A DNA stretch of 64,000 bases, from assembly GCA_031275795.1 (NCBI GenBank), contig JAISOG010000005.1, positions 69 to 64,068 of the forward strand. The letters are read 5' to 3'. Position numbers and translations under genes: made by a program. The notes beneath the pieces are model-generated. The model was not told the origin of the DNA, did no database searches, and was given only the letters and a program-made list of their open reading frames with translations. Below are positions 1 through 10,186 of the stretch, piece after piece; position 1 is the stretch's first letter, and each line of letters opens with the position of its first letter. The stretch comes from Candidatus Endomicrobiellum incisitermitis (GTDB taxonomy: Bacteria; Elusimicrobiota; Endomicrobiia; Endomicrobiales; Endomicrobiaceae).

Positions 1-237
1 TAAGAAGATGTTGATAAAAAGCCTTTAAAGCAAGATTATGTTTAATAGCAACAAGAGCGCACATAAACAGACAACGTTTAACCATAGGTCTGCCATGGGA
101 AGTAGAGCGACGCTTAGAAGAAGAGCCAGAGTCCTTGGCAAAAGGAGCAAGGCCAGCCAAAGCAGCAATTTGCCTACGATTAATAAGGCCAAGTTCAGGT
201 AAGGCAGCTAATAAGGTCATAGTAGTCTTTTGACCAA
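1..237 (-). pseudogene. IS110-family transposase, C-terminal fragment (open at the left window edge, 5' part missing)
   Basis: Reverse-strand translation reads VGQKTTMTLLAALPELGLINRRQIAALAGLAPFAKDSGSSSKRRSTSHGRPMVKRCLFMCALVAIKHNLALKAFYQHLL, the conserved IS110 C-terminal block. Not in the ORF track because it is open-ended. Confidence 0.7.
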
Positions 238-425
238 CAGATTTAAGAGAACAGTTTTTTAACAGCTATGAAGGAGATTTAACAGACATTGAAGGAGTAG
301 AAGAAGACTTAAAAGACTACTTGTTTTGGTATAATAGCAAAAAGGTTCATCAAGGGTTAAATTGGCAAACGCCTTTTGATTTTACTCAACAGTGCTTAAT
401 CCTTCAAAAGTCTAATATGTTATGA
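234..425 (+). pseudogene. DDE (rve-type, IS481/IS3-like) transposase, C-terminal fragment
   Basis: Translation REQFFNSYEGDLTDIEGVEEDLKDYLFWYNSKKVHQGLNWQTPFDFTQQCLILQKSNML, stop at 423-425. It carries the W-YN-x3-H-x-L-x3-P tail typical of integrase-core transposases. A degraded copy lies at 50275-50470 (-). Confidence 0.65.
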
Positions 426-434
426 ACGCGTACA
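405..434 (+). repeat. IS terminal sequence caaaagtctaatatgttatgaacgcgtaca
   Basis: Near-identical copies at 34974-35003 (+), 50242-50274 (-) and 50614-50644 (+). Here it follows the transposase stop, as expected for an IS end. Confidence 0.7.
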
Positions 435-638
435 TGACATTGCTTATCCTAAAATTTAAAGTTTTTTAAGCGAAGTTTGTAAAACTTAAACTGTCAAGTT
501 TTTTTAACAGAAAGAAAATTTAATTATGAAAGAAAACAAAAGGTTAGCACCTAAATGGTTGGGGCAGGTTTTAAAGTTGTTGTGGATAACTTGATTTTAA
601 ATGTAAAATTTATGTGAATTTTTAGAGTGTTTGTTTAA

Positions 639-905
639 TTGACAACAGTACTTTTAAATTATAAAATAAAATATATGGGAGACATTGAAATTTTATCTTT
701 AAAAGTTAAAAAAGCTGTAGAGAAGTTAAAAAAACTTGACACTGAAAACCGTAGATTAAGATTAGAACTTGATTATTTAAAAAAAGAAAACGAAGAAAAC
801 AAAAGGAAAATAAGTCAATATATTGTATTGAAAAGAAATTCGCAAGAAGTAATCTCTAGAGTTGAACGTATTATAAAAAAAATTGACACAATAAAGGTTT
901 TGTAG
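639..905 (+). CDS. Small coiled-coil protein (ZapB-like), probable real start at M13 (675)
   Basis: Heptad-rich K/E/L sequence LKVKKAVEKLKKLDTENRRLRLELDYLKKENEENKRK, directly upstream of zapA with a 2-nt gap. Confidence 0.5.
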   Translation: MTTVLLNYKIKYMGDIEILSLKVKKAVEKLKKLDTENRRLRLELDYLKKENEENKRKISQYIVLKRNSQEVISRVERIIKKIDTIKVL

Positions 906-907
906 CT

Positions 908-1198
908 ATGGCAACAACCCGCGAAAGAATTATGGGTAGAGATATAGAGCTGAGTATAGATGATATAGATGAATTAAGTTTTAATAGAATAGTTAATTTT
1001 GTGAATGAACAATGGATGCAAGTGAGAAACGAAAACATTAAAGTTCCCGACACTCAGAAAATTGCAGCGCTAACTGCTGTAAAAATTGCAGCAGAGTTGC
1101 TTAAATTAAAGGATTTACAAGAAAGTATTTCAAATAATTATGAAAAGAAAATCAAAGATATTATTAAACAGTTAGACGAACACGATTACACTAATTGA
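908..1198 (+). CDS. zapA: Cell division protein ZapA
   Basis: 96 aa. The pattern IMGRDIELSIDD..VNEQWMQV..QKIAALTAVKIAAELLKLK matches the ZapA family layout (beta N-terminus plus coiled-coil tail). Confidence 0.7.
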   Translation: MATTRERIMGRDIELSIDDIDELSFNRIVNFVNEQWMQVRNENIKVPDTQKIAALTAVKIAAELLKLKDLQESISNNYEKKIKDIIKQLDEHDYTN

Positions 1199-1375
1199 AA
1201 TATTTTACATTTAATCTGCAGTGTTGGTGATGTTTTAGTTTTGTTTATTCCTACAAGTCTACTTTAGGAGAACAACAGTTGAGCGTATGCTCGTGGGCTT
1301 ATGCCACTGTATCTCACTTTAAAAAAAGAAGGCTTTAAACAGATTAAAACTAACGGCTCTGCGGGTTTTTTATTT

Positions 1376-2695
1376 ATGGAACAAACAGATTTTTTAAAAA
1401 ACGAGGCCAAAAGTAAACATAAACCTTTAGCTTTAAGGATGGCTCCAAAAGATTTAGAAAGCTTTATGGGGCAAGGTGGTATTGTTGGCGAAGGTAAATT
1501 GCTTAGACGTTTAATAGAATCTGATAGTTTAAGATCTGTGATTTTTTTTGGTCCCCCTGGCAGCGGTAAAAGTGCTTTAACTAGAATTATAGCTTCAAAA
1601 ACTAAAGCGTATTTCCAAGAAGCAAATGCAGTGACAGTAGGTATTGCAGATATTAGAAAAATAATAGATTCTGCAAAGGCACGGTTAGAAACTACTGGCA
1701 AAAAAACTATATTGATGTTAGATGAAATCCACCACTTTAATCGTTCTCAGCAGGATGCTTTGCTGCCGGATGTGGAAAGAGGGGTTGTAATATTAATAGG
1801 AATAACAACGGAAAACCCATTTTTTTATATAAATGCTGCTATTATTTCAAGAAGTACAGTTTTTGAGTTTTTTAGTTTAAATGATGAAGCTCTTTTAAAA
1901 ATAATGGAATCTGCTTTAGCAGATAAAGAGAATGGGCTTGGTAATTATAATGTTAAAATATCAGATGAAGCCAAAAAGCACTTAATTACAAACTCTAACG
2001 GCGATGCAAGAAAGTTGTTAAATGCTTTAGAGATAGGTGTACTTTCTACAAAGACAGACGCTAATGGTGTTAGAGTTTTTGATATTTTTGTAGCTCAAGA
2101 ATCTTTACAAAAAAGAGCTATAGTTTATGACAAAAGTTCTGATGCTCATTATGATCATGTTTCTGCATTTATAAAGTCTATGCGAGGTAGTGATCCAGAT
2201 GCCAGTGTTTATTGGTTAGCAAAGATGCTTTTGGCTGGCGAAGACCCTCGTTTTATAGCAAGAAGAATAATAATTTGTGCTTCAGAAGATGTAGGTATGG
2301 CAGATCCAAGAGCGTTAATGTTTGCTGTTTCTGCTTTAGAGGCTGTTAAATTTGTTGGCATGCCAGAGGCAAGAATTATTTTGTCTCAGGCAGCAATTTA
2401 TGTAGCGACAGCACCTAAATCTAACTCGACTTATCTTGCTATAGAAAAAGCTTTAAATGAAGTTAAAAATGGCAAAATTAGGCAAGTGCCAAACCATTTA
2501 AAAGATGCAACTCTTGACGGAGAAAAGTTAGGGCATGGTAAAGGGTATAAATATCCTCATGATTTTAAATATCATTATGTGCAACAGAATTATTTCCCAA
2601 ATCCAGTAGAACTTTATGTTCCGTCAAAAGAAGGGTATGAGGGCAAACTTTGTGAACGTTTGTTTAAACTTAAGCAAAAAGCAAATAAGAGCTAA
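1376..2695 (+). CDS. rarA: Replication-associated recombination protein A (AAA+ ATPase RarA/MgsA)
   Basis: PLALRMAPKDLESFMGQ, Walker A GPPGSGKSAL, Walker B MLDEIHHFNRSQQDALLP, and the C-terminal MgsA block YDHVSAFIKSMRGSDPDA. I prefer start M26 (1376) over the track start at 1301. Confidence 0.9.
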   Translation: MEQTDFLKNEAKSKHKPLALRMAPKDLESFMGQGGIVGEGKLLRRLIESDSLRSVIFFGPPGSGKSALTRIIASKTKAYFQEANAVTVGIADIRKIIDSAKARLETTGKKTILMLDEIHHFNRSQQDALLPDVERGVVILIGITTENPFFYINAAIISRSTVFEFFSLNDEALLKIMESALADKENGLGNYNVKISDEAKKHLITNSNGDARKLLNALEIGVLSTKTDANGVRVFDIFVAQESLQKRAIVYDKSSDAHYDHVSAFIKSMRGSDPDASVYWLAKMLLAGEDPRFIARRIIICASEDVGMADPRALMFAVSALEAVKFVGMPEARIILSQAAIYVATAPKSNSTYLAIEKALNEVKNGKIRQVPNHLKDATLDGEKLGHGKGYKYPHDFKYHYVQQNYFPNPVELYVPSKEGYEGKLCERLFKLKQKANKS

Positions 2696-3236
2696 GTTTT
2701 TAACTTTAAGAGATAACCAAGATTTTAAAGATTTACAAGGTTATAGTATGGAAATAGCTTGCAAGGCTAGAAAGCTTTCCTTATATAAGAAAGCAAAAAC
2801 TGTCATGGTTTATTTGTCTTGTGGGAGCGAGGTGTCAACAGATTGTTTAGTAAATTTTGCTTTTCAAGACAAAAAAGAAGTGTCTGTTGCTGCTATAACA
2901 GACATTAAAAATTCAACGATGCAAGCTGTAAGAATTTTAAAACTTGAAAATGCAAACCAACTTGTTTGTGGTATAAGACAACCCAAAACAGACAAGAGTG
3001 ATTTTGTAGGCAAAGATTCTATAGATTTAATTTTTGTGCCAGGCATTGTTTTTAGTAAGCAAGGCTACAGAATTGGTTCTGGAAAAGGGTTTTATGATAG
3101 ATGGTTGCAAGATGTCGATTGTGCAAAAACTGTAGGTCTTGCATACGATTTCCAAATTGTCAAAGAAGTTCCCAGTCTAGAATATGATTTGCCTGTTGGG
3201 TGTATAGTTACAGAAAAAAGAGTTGTAAAAGTTTAG
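2616..3236 (+). CDS. 5-formyltetrahydrofolate cyclo-ligase (MTHFS); start uncertain, overlaps the rarA end
   Basis: Family signature RIGSGKGFYDRWL plus the N-terminal KKQIRAKFL motif. Confidence 0.8.
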   Translation: MFRQKKGMRANFVNVCLNLSKKQIRAKFLTLRDNQDFKDLQGYSMEIACKARKLSLYKKAKTVMVYLSCGSEVSTDCLVNFAFQDKKEVSVAAITDIKNSTMQAVRILKLENANQLVCGIRQPKTDKSDFVGKDSIDLIFVPGIVFSKQGYRIGSGKGFYDRWLQDVDCAKTVGLAYDFQIVKEVPSLEYDLPVGCIVTEKRVVKV

Positions 3237-3254
3237 ATAATTGAGGAGTTTTAT

Positions 3255-4799
3255 ATGTGGCCAGTTATTATTGCGTTACTTTCCTTACTCTTAGGCTATG
3301 TTTTACGTTTAATATATGCCAAAGTTAATGCAAGGTCTGCAGAACAGATTTCAGAAAGAATTATAAAAGAAGCTAAAATGATAGCTGAAACAAAAACTAA
3401 AGAGGCTCTTTTAGAAGCTAAAGTTATTGTTGATAAGGAAAGGAAAGACTTTGAGCAAGAGATAAAGGAAAGGAAACAATCTATCCAAAATATGGAAAAT
3501 AGGCTTGGCCAGCGTGAGGAAAACTTATATAAAAAAATTGACTCAGTTGAAAAAAGAGAGAAAGAGTTGCTCGGTAAAGAAAAAGATATTTTTTCAAAAG
3601 AACAATTTTTAACTTCAAAGTTTGCAGAAATAGAGAAAATAAAAGAAGAAGAAAAAGCACTTTTAGAAAAAATTTCCGGGTTTACAAGAGAAGAAGCCAA
3701 AAAGTTGCTTATGAGTAAGATGGAACAAGAAGCCAAGCAAGATGCTGCCATTTTGGCACAAAGGCTGGAACAAGAAGTTAGAGAAAATGCGGATAAAAAG
3801 TCTAAAGAAATTTTATCTGTGGCAATACAGCGTGTAGCTGCAGACCATGCTGCAGATATTACAACGTCTACAATACAAATTCCCAACGATGAGATAAAAG
3901 GAAGAGTTATTGGTAGAGAAGGGAGAAATATTAGAGCTTTTGAGCAAGCTACAGGTGTAGATTTAATAGTAGACGACACTCCAGAAGCTATAACAGTTTC
4001 TGCTTTTGATGGAGTTAGAAGGCAAATAGCAAAAATAGCTTTAGAAAGGCTTATCGCAGATGGTAGAATTCACCCTGCAAGAATAGAAGAAGTTGTTGAT
4101 AAAGTCAGGAGAGAAATGGACCAACACTTAAAAGAGGTTGGAGAACAAGCTGCAATTGACGGTGGTGTTCCGGGCTTAAATATAGAAATTGTTAAACTTC
4201 TTGGCAAACTACAATACAGAACGTCTTATGGGCAAAACCAGCTTCAACATACTTTAGAAGTTACATGGCTTGCAGGTGCTATAGCTGGAGAGTTAGGTCT
4301 TGATGTAATGTTTTGCAAAAAGGCTGCTCTTCTTCACGATTTAGGCAAAGCTGTAGATCATGAAGTTGAAGGTACTCATCACCAAATTTCAGCAGATATA
4401 GCTAAAAAATATGGCGAATCGTCAAAAATGATAAACGCAATTTTATCTCATCATGAAGGTATAGAAGCTCCTGCAAGTCCTGAAGCTTTTGTAATAGCTG
4501 CAGCTGATGCAATTTCTGCTGCAAGACCAGGTGCAAGAAGGGAATCTATAGCACATTATTTAAAGCGTCTTGAAAAACTTGAAAAAGTTGCAAAGGAGTT
4601 TAAGGGAGTTTCTTTGGCTTATGCCATACAGGCCGGAAGAGAAGTTAGAATACTTGTAGAACCAGAAAAAGTAAACGATACTCAAGCTCAAGTGTTAGCT
4701 CGCGATATAGCTAAAAAAGTTGAGCAAGAATTAGAATATCCAGGACAAATTAAAATAACAGTAATAAGAGAAATACGCGCACAAGATATAGCCAAATAA
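3255..4799 (+). CDS. rny: Ribonuclease Y
   Basis: N-terminal TM helix, long coiled coil, KH block [17 protein letters not shown], and HD domain [10 protein letters not shown]. Confidence 0.95.
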   Translation: MWPVIIALLSLLLGYVLRLIYAKVNARSAEQISERIIKEAKMIAETKTKEALLEAKVIVDKERKDFEQEIKERKQSIQNMENRLGQREENLYKKIDSVEKREKELLGKEKDIFSKEQFLTSKFAEIEKIKEEEKALLEKISGFTREEAKKLLMSKMEQEAKQDAAILAQRLEQEVRENADKKSKEILSVAIQRVAADHAADITTSTIQIPNDEIKGRVIGREGRNIRAFEQATGVDLIVDDTPEAITVSAFDGVRRQIAKIALERLIADGRIHPARIEEVVDKVRREMDQHLKEVGEQAAIDGGVPGLNIEIVKLLGKLQYRTSYGQNQLQHTLEVTWLAGAIAGELGLDVMFCKKAALLHDLGKAVDHEVEGTHHQISADIAKKYGESSKMINAILSHHEGIEAPASPEAFVIAAADAISAARPGARRESIAHYLKRLEKLEKVAKEFKGVSLAYAIQAGREVRILVEPEKVNDTQAQVLARDIAKKVEQELEYPGQIKITVIREIRAQDIAK

Positions 4800-4814
4800 A
4801 TTTTGAAACGTTTA

Positions 4815-4849
4815 AAGGTTTCTGCCGTTGAACAAAAGGCGGGAACCTT
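4815..4849 (+). terminator. Candidate hairpin terminator after rny
   Basis: aaggtttctgcc / ggcgggaacctt forms a 12-bp stem (2 G-U pairs) with an 11-nt loop. The trailing T-tract is weak. Confidence 0.4.
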
Positions 4850-4951
4850 TAATATATTTGTAATTATAATAAGCATTTAAAAAGACCATCAACCAAGACA
4901 TCCACAATCACGACCTGCATCGAGCTTTGTATCGTATAAGGAGTTATATTT

Positions 4952-5362
4952 ATGAGCTTAGATTTGTCTTCATTTAATAAAGCTATTAAAAGTCTTAAAG
5001 AAGCGGTTGTGGAATTTAGTAAAGATAAAACAAATGTCTTTGTAAAAGATTCTGTTATACAAAGATTTGAATACACTTACGAGCTGTCGCATAAAACTTT
5101 AAAACGTTTTTTAGAAAAATCTCAATTTAGTAGTCAAAATATAGATGAAATGTCATTTGCTGACATAGTGCGTACTGCAAATGAGAAAGGTCTTTTGCTT
5201 AACGATCTTGAAAAGTGGGCAATATATAGACAAAAACGCAATATAACAAGCCATACTTACGATGAGATTAAAGCAGATGAAGTGATTTCAATAGTTCCTA
5301 ATTTTTTAGAAGAAGTTGAGTTTTTGTTAAAAAAACTTATTGAAAAATCTAAAAATTTATGA
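4952..5362 (+). CDS. HEPN-type nucleotidyltransferase substrate-binding protein (HI0074 family)
   Basis: IQRFEYTYELSHKTLKRFL and the R-x4-H motif RNITSHTY. Its stop overlaps the ATG of the partner MNT (ATGA). Confidence 0.8.
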   Translation: MSLDLSSFNKAIKSLKEAVVEFSKDKTNVFVKDSVIQRFEYTYELSHKTLKRFLEKSQFSSQNIDEMSFADIVRTANEKGLLLNDLEKWAIYRQKRNITSHTYDEIKADEVISIVPNFLEEVEFLLKKLIEKSKNL

Positions 5363-5667
5363 AATTTAATATAGAGTCACGACATCTAAGTTTAGTATGC
5401 AAAATTTTAAATGAAAATTTAAAAAGTTCAAATGCATCTGTTTATGTTTTTGGTTCAAGGGTAACTGGTGGTACAAAAAAATATTCTGATTTAGATTTAG
5501 CTATAGATTATTCTGGACAAAAAATTCCATTTGAGCTATATACAAAACTATCTGCTGCTTTTGAAAAATCACTTTTGCCATATAAAGTTGATATTGTTGA
5601 TTTAAATTCAATTTCAGAACAATTTAGAAAAATTATTAATGATGATTTAACTATTTTAGATTACTAA
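5359..5667 (+). CDS. Minimal nucleotidyltransferase (MNT, HI0073-like)
   Basis: GS-x10-DxD motif VFGSRVTGGTKKYSDLDLAI, coupled to the upstream HEPN gene. Confidence 0.8.
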   Translation: MKFNIESRHLSLVCKILNENLKSSNASVYVFGSRVTGGTKKYSDLDLAIDYSGQKIPFELYTKLSAAFEKSLLPYKVDIVDLNSISEQFRKIINDDLTILDY

Positions 5668-5762
5668 CCATATTTTCCATTACTTAATTTAGTTTAAAAA
5701 TTTAATTAAAATCCGACTTTGCATAGCTAGTAAAATATAAAAACAAAATGCATTTTGTCCAT

Positions 5763-5895
5763 TAATCAAATTAGCAAACTCGCAAAATAATAAGACAAGA
5801 AAAACTTAACTGTATTTAGCTTCATACAATTTAACATTAAATGTTTATTGCTCATAAGCTGCTCTTTGAGGTAACATAGCAAAGATGCTAAACTT
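5763..5895. repeat. Partial copy of the ~190-bp hairpin repeat family
   Basis: Shares caaattagcaaact.gcaaaat ... ttaaatgtttattgctcata..c.gctctttgaggtaac with 15779-15972. It lacks the outer left block. Confidence 0.7.
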
Positions 5896-5955
5896 TATAT
5901 TTGCATTTAAGTAAATTTGATATAATATTTATGATAAATTTATAGATAAACATGT

Positions 5956-7188
5956 ATGAAACTAGACCTAAATGAAAGTTTTAATAACAGCCAAGATCGT
6001 TTAATATACACAGTTTCTCAAATAAGCAACAAAATCAAGCTTATTTTAGAAGATTCCTATCCTGCTGTTTGGGTAAGAGGAGAAATATCTAATTTTAAGA
6101 TTTATAGTTCTGGGCATACGTACTTTAATATAAAAGACTCAAGCAGCCAGATAAGAGTTGTAATGTTTAAAAATGCAAGCGTTGGTTTAGGTTTTGAGCC
6201 GAAAAATGGTGATGAAGTGTTAATTTTTGGCAGGATAAGTACTTATTTGAAAAGTGGTGATTATCAAATAATTGTAAATCGTATGGAACAGTATGGTCAA
6301 GGGTTGCTGTATGATGCGTATGAAAAGCTAAAAAGTAAGCTAGCAAAAGAAGGTCTTTTTGATCAAGAGCATAAGAAGAAAATCCCAGACATTGTTAATA
6401 AAATAGGCATTGTAACTTCTAAAGACGGTGCAGCTTTGTACGACATTTTAAAAGTAATAAATAGTTTAAATGTTAACGTTGATGTGTTAATATACCCTGC
6501 AAGGGTGCAAGGAGAACAAGCAGAAAAAGAAATTATCAGAGCTATAGAATATTTAAATATTCATCGTAAGGATTTAGACGTCTTATTTGTAGGTAGAGGT
6601 GGTGGACAACTAGAAGATTTGTTAGCGTTTAATAGTGAGACTGTTGCAAGGTCTATTTTTAGATCTAAAATACCAACAGTTTCTTGTGTGGGTCACGAAG
6701 TAGATTTTACTATAGCAGATTTTGTTGCAGACTTAAGAGCTCCAACTCCGTCTGCAGCAGCAGAAATTGTTTTAAGGAAAAAAATAGAACTTCAAAAACG
6801 ATTAGCATTTTTAAAAACAGAGCTCTGCAATGTTATGGATAACACTTTGTCAAACTGTAGACAATATTTAACTAAACTCAAAAATTCAAAAGCTTTAACT
6901 AGGCCTCAAGATTTGTACAAAGAAAAAATAGACTATGTTAATGAAGTGTCTGGCAAACTTCTAAAAAATATCGAAAGGATTGTTTATTATAAAACAGAAA
7001 AATTAGAAAACGTTAGTCATAAATTGCAAATTTTGTCTCCGTACAATGTTTTTAAAAGAGGTTTTGCTATTTGTTTTGACGAAAAAAATAAAGTTGTTAA
7101 GAGCGCAAAAGATGTCGATATCGGGCAACAAATAAAAGTGCAGTTGTATGTTGGCAACTTGTATGCAGAGGTGAAAAAATATGACTAA
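5956..7188 (+). CDS. xseA: Exodeoxyribonuclease VII large subunit
   Basis: OB-fold N-terminus VWVRGEISNFK..SGHTYFNIKD and catalytic block GRGGG..EDLLAFN. Overlaps xseB. Confidence 0.9.
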   Translation: MKLDLNESFNNSQDRLIYTVSQISNKIKLILEDSYPAVWVRGEISNFKIYSSGHTYFNIKDSSSQIRVVMFKNASVGLGFEPKNGDEVLIFGRISTYLKSGDYQIIVNRMEQYGQGLLYDAYEKLKSKLAKEGLFDQEHKKKIPDIVNKIGIVTSKDGAALYDILKVINSLNVNVDVLIYPARVQGEQAEKEIIRAIEYLNIHRKDLDVLFVGRGGGQLEDLLAFNSETVARSIFRSKIPTVSCVGHEVDFTIADFVADLRAPTPSAAAEIVLRKKIELQKRLAFLKTELCNVMDNTLSNCRQYLTKLKNSKALTRPQDLYKEKIDYVNEVSGKLLKNIERIVYYKTEKLENVSHKLQILSPYNVFKRGFAICFDEKNKVVKSAKDVDIGQQIKVQLYVGNLYAEVKKYD

Positions 7189-7399
7189 AAAACAGCCTCG
7201 TTTAGACTTTGAAAAATCTTTAAATAGACTTGAGGAGATAATTTCTGAAATAGAAAACACTTCTTTGGATTTAGATAAGGCTTTAGAATTATTTAAAGAA
7301 GGCAATATTCTTGTAAAAATGTGTTCTTTAAAACTTGATGAAGCAAAGAAAAAAGTTGAAATTATAACTTCTTCGGGAGTAGAGGAGTTTAAGGAGTAA
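7181..7399 (+). CDS. xseB: Exodeoxyribonuclease VII small subunit
   Basis: 72 aa with FEKSLNRLEEII..LE...LDLDKALELFKEG, the typical XseB helix hairpin. 8-nt overlap with xseA. Confidence 0.85.
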   Translation: MTKKQPRLDFEKSLNRLEEIISEIENTSLDLDKALELFKEGNILVKMCSLKLDEAKKKVEIITSSGVEEFKE

Positions 7400-7403
7400 A
7401 ATT

Positions 7404-8297
7404 TTGAAAAACATAAATCTAAAAACATATTTATTAAAAAAGGCAGAATACATAAATATGTCTTTAAAAAAATTTTTACCTAAAGACAAATCTATTATAT
7501 CTCAAAGTATGCGTTATAGTGTTTTGGCTGGTGGTAAAAGACTCCGCCCCATTTTTGTTGTTTTAACAGCAGAGCTTTTTGGAGTTAAGGCTAAAGATGT
7601 AATGCCAGCTGCTTGTGCTGTTGAGTATTTACACACATATTCTTTAGTGCACGACGACTTGCCAGCCATGGATAATGATGACTTGCGTAGAGGGATGCCT
7701 ACAAACCATAAAAAGTTTGGAGAAGCGTCTGCAATTTTATGTGGAGACGCTCTCCTTACAGAAGCTTTTAACTTAATAACGAAATCTAAAAGTAAAGCAG
7801 AATATATTGCACAGGCTGTACAAATCCTTTCGAGTTATAGTGGTTATAAAGGTATGATTGCCGGTCAAGCCGAAGACATTTTGGAAACAGGTAAGTGGAA
7901 CAAACAAAACAAAGTTTTTTTATATAAAAAATTAAAATTTATACAAACTCAAAAAACAGCAGCTTTAATGATAGCAAGCTTAAAAATAGGAGCGGTTTTA
8001 GCTGGGGCAGATAATAAGAGTATAAAAGTGCTTGAGTCTTACGGTTTTAATATAGGTATTGCTTTTCAAATAGTGGATGATATTTTAGATGTGTGTGCTG
8101 ACAAACAGCTTTTAGGTAAAAAAGGTAGCGATGTGGATAATGATAAGCTTACAGCATTGTCTTTGTACGGTAAAGATTTAGCACAAAAGAAGGTTGATTT
8201 GCATATCAAAAAGGCAAAAAAAGCAGTGTCAATATTTGGCCAAAAAGCAGAAATATTTAACTTGCTTGCTGACTATATTGCAAGCAGGTCTTGTTAG
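7404..8297 (+). CDS. ispA: Farnesyl diphosphate synthase (polyprenyl synthetase)
   Basis: First and second Asp-rich motifs LVHDDLPAMDNDDLRRG and QIVDDILD. Confidence 0.9.
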   Translation: MKNINLKTYLLKKAEYINMSLKKFLPKDKSIISQSMRYSVLAGGKRLRPIFVVLTAELFGVKAKDVMPAACAVEYLHTYSLVHDDLPAMDNDDLRRGMPTNHKKFGEASAILCGDALLTEAFNLITKSKSKAEYIAQAVQILSSYSGYKGMIAGQAEDILETGKWNKQNKVFLYKKLKFIQTQKTAALMIASLKIGAVLAGADNKSIKVLESYGFNIGIAFQIVDDILDVCADKQLLGKKGSDVDNDKLTALSLYGKDLAQKKVDLHIKKAKKAVSIFGQKAEIFNLLADYIASRSC

Positions 8298-8343
8298 TTA
8301 ACAAATTTTGTTTTTGTTGTTATGGAACTGAAGTGGAGATATA

Positions 8344-10185
8344 GTGAAAATATTAGAAACTATAAACAGTCCGCAAGATTTAAAAAAAGTAAATAAGGAA
8401 AACCTTTCTACTTTAGTCTTAGAAATTAGAGAAGAAATAATAAACACTATTTCAAAGAATGGCGGTCATTTAGCTTCAAGTTTAGGTGTTGTAGATTTGA
8501 CAGTAGCAATGCACTATGTTTTTGATTCTCCTAAAGACAAAATAATTTGGGATGTTGGCCATCAAGCTTATGCTCATAAAATTATTACAGGAAGAAGAGA
8601 GAAATTTAAAACTATAAGGATACACAATGGGTTAAGTGGGTTTCCAAAAATGGAAGAATCTTGCCATGATGCTTTTGGTGTTGGTCATGCTTCAACTTCA
8701 ATTTCTGCAGCTTTAGGTTTTGCTGTGTCAAGAGATTTGAAAAATGAGGCAAACAAAATTGTTGCAGTTATTGGCGATGGTTCTATGACGGGCGGACTTG
8801 CTTTTGAAGGCTTACAAAATGCAGGACATTTAAAAAAAGACATGCTTGTAATATTGAACGATAACGAAATGTTTATTTCTCAAAAAGTTGGTGCTGTGGC
8901 AGGCTATTTTGCAAAACTTTTAACAGCTGGAATGGCTAGGAAGTTTGAGGAAAAAGTTATAAAGACAGTAAGCAGATTTCACGGTTTTGGAGCATCTTTT
9001 AGAAAACTAATAAAAAGGGTAAAAGTAATGCTTTTCCCGGGTATGCTTTTTGAAGAAATGGGCTTTACGTATGTAGGTCCAGTGCAAGGTCATAATATAG
9101 ATAATTTGATAGTTATTTTGGAAAATATAAAGGATATGAAGGGTCCTGTGCTTTTGCACGTAGTAACAAAGAAAGGTAAAGGTTATTTCCCTGCAGAAAA
9201 TAATCCTATAAAATTTCATGGTGTTGGAAACTTTAATGTTCAGACAGGCACAACTGAAAAAAAACAAACAGTTACGTATACAAAAGTTTTTTCAGACACT
9301 TTAGTTAAATTAGCGCAAAATGACGAAAAAATTGTAGCAATAACTGCTGCTATGCCCGAAGGTACTGGTTTAGATAAATTTGCAAAAAAGTTTCCTGAAA
9401 GATATTTTGATGTTGGTATTGCAGAAGGGCATGCTGTGACATTTGCAGCTGCAATGGCTGCAGCTGGGTTAAAGCCTGTATGTGCAATATATTCAACTTT
9501 TATGCAAAGAGCAATAGATAATATAATACACGATGTTGCTTTGCAAAAGTTGCCAGTAGTTTTTGCTTTAGATCGTGCTGGTCTTGTTGGCGAAGATGGA
9601 GCCACACATCATGGAGCTTTTGACTTATCGTATCTAAACTATATACCAAACCTTATAATAATGTCGCCTTCAGATGAAAATGAATTGCAGCATATGTTAA
9701 AGACATCTTTAAATTCACGTAAACCGTGCGTGATAAGGTATCCAAAGGGTGAAGGTCTTGGCGTAAATCTAGATAAATCCCCGCGTGTACTTCAAATAGG
9801 TAAAGGTGTTACTTTAAGAGAGGGAGAAGATATTTGTTTTCTTGCTATAGGCAACCATGTAGCAACTTGTATGCAAGCAGCAGAACTTCTAGCAATTAAA
9901 AATATAAAAGCTAGTGTTGTCAATATGAGATTTTTAAAACCTTTAGATGTTAAACTTGTAAAAGAGATTTTCTTAAAAGTGAAAAAGTTTATTACTGTTG
10001 AAGAAAATTCGTTAATAGGTGGGTTTGGAGAAATTGTTAAATCTGTTCTTTGCGGTAGTGGCGTCGTTGTGGAATGTTTAGGTCTTCCTGACAAGTTTAT
10101 AGAACATGGCAATTTAAAAATTTTAAGAAATAAGTATGGGCTTACTGCAGAAAATATAGCTCAAAAAGCTTTACAAATGTTTTAA
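8344..10185 (+). CDS. dxs: 1-deoxy-D-xylulose-5-phosphate synthase
   Basis: GGHLASSLGVVDLTVA, GHASTSISAALG and the ThDP motif IGDGSMTGGLAFEGLNNAG-like. 613 aa. Confidence 0.95.
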   Translation: MKILETINSPQDLKKVNKENLSTLVLEIREEIINTISKNGGHLASSLGVVDLTVAMHYVFDSPKDKIIWDVGHQAYAHKIITGRREKFKTIRIHNGLSGFPKMEESCHDAFGVGHASTSISAALGFAVSRDLKNEANKIVAVIGDGSMTGGLAFEGLQNAGHLKKDMLVILNDNEMFISQKVGAVAGYFAKLLTAGMARKFEEKVIKTVSRFHGFGASFRKLIKRVKVMLFPGMLFEEMGFTYVGPVQGHNIDNLIVILENIKDMKGPVLLHVVTKKGKGYFPAENNPIKFHGVGNFNVQTGTTEKKQTVTYTKVFSDTLVKLAQNDEKIVAITAAMPEGTGLDKFAKKFPERYFDVGIAEGHAVTFAAAMAAAGLKPVCAIYSTFMQRAIDNIIHDVALQKLPVVFALDRAGLVGEDGATHHGAFDLSYLNYIPNLIIMSPSDENELQHMLKTSLNSRKPCVIRYPKGEGLGVNLDKSPRVLQIGKGVTLREGEDICFLAIGNHVATCMQAAELLAIKNIKASVVNMRFLKPLDVKLVKEIFLKVKKFITVEENSLIGGFGEIVKSVLCGSGVVVECLGLPDKFIEHGNLKILRNKYGLTAENIAQKALQMF

Positions 10186-10186
10186 A

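Noticed and set aside
1199-1375. A possible 6S RNA in the 177-nt gap after zapA. The order zapA-ssrS-MTHFS is classic in some bacteria, and an MTHFS gene lies nearby.
   Set aside because: I could not find a convincing long closing stem or central bubble by eye; there is only a 9-bp tttaatctg/cagattaaa pairing. rarA intervenes, and the gap could be rarA leader or N-terminal coding from 1301. A covariance-model search with the 6S RNA family would settle it.
3296-3979. A 227-aa minus-strand ORF inside rny, and similar antisense or out-of-frame ORFs inside dxs, leuS, infB, the ABC-F gene and ftsW (for example 9240-9605, 12970-13224, 41973-42227, 48930-49229, 48022-48312)
   Set aside because: They overlap well-supported genes and have biased, motif-free translations.
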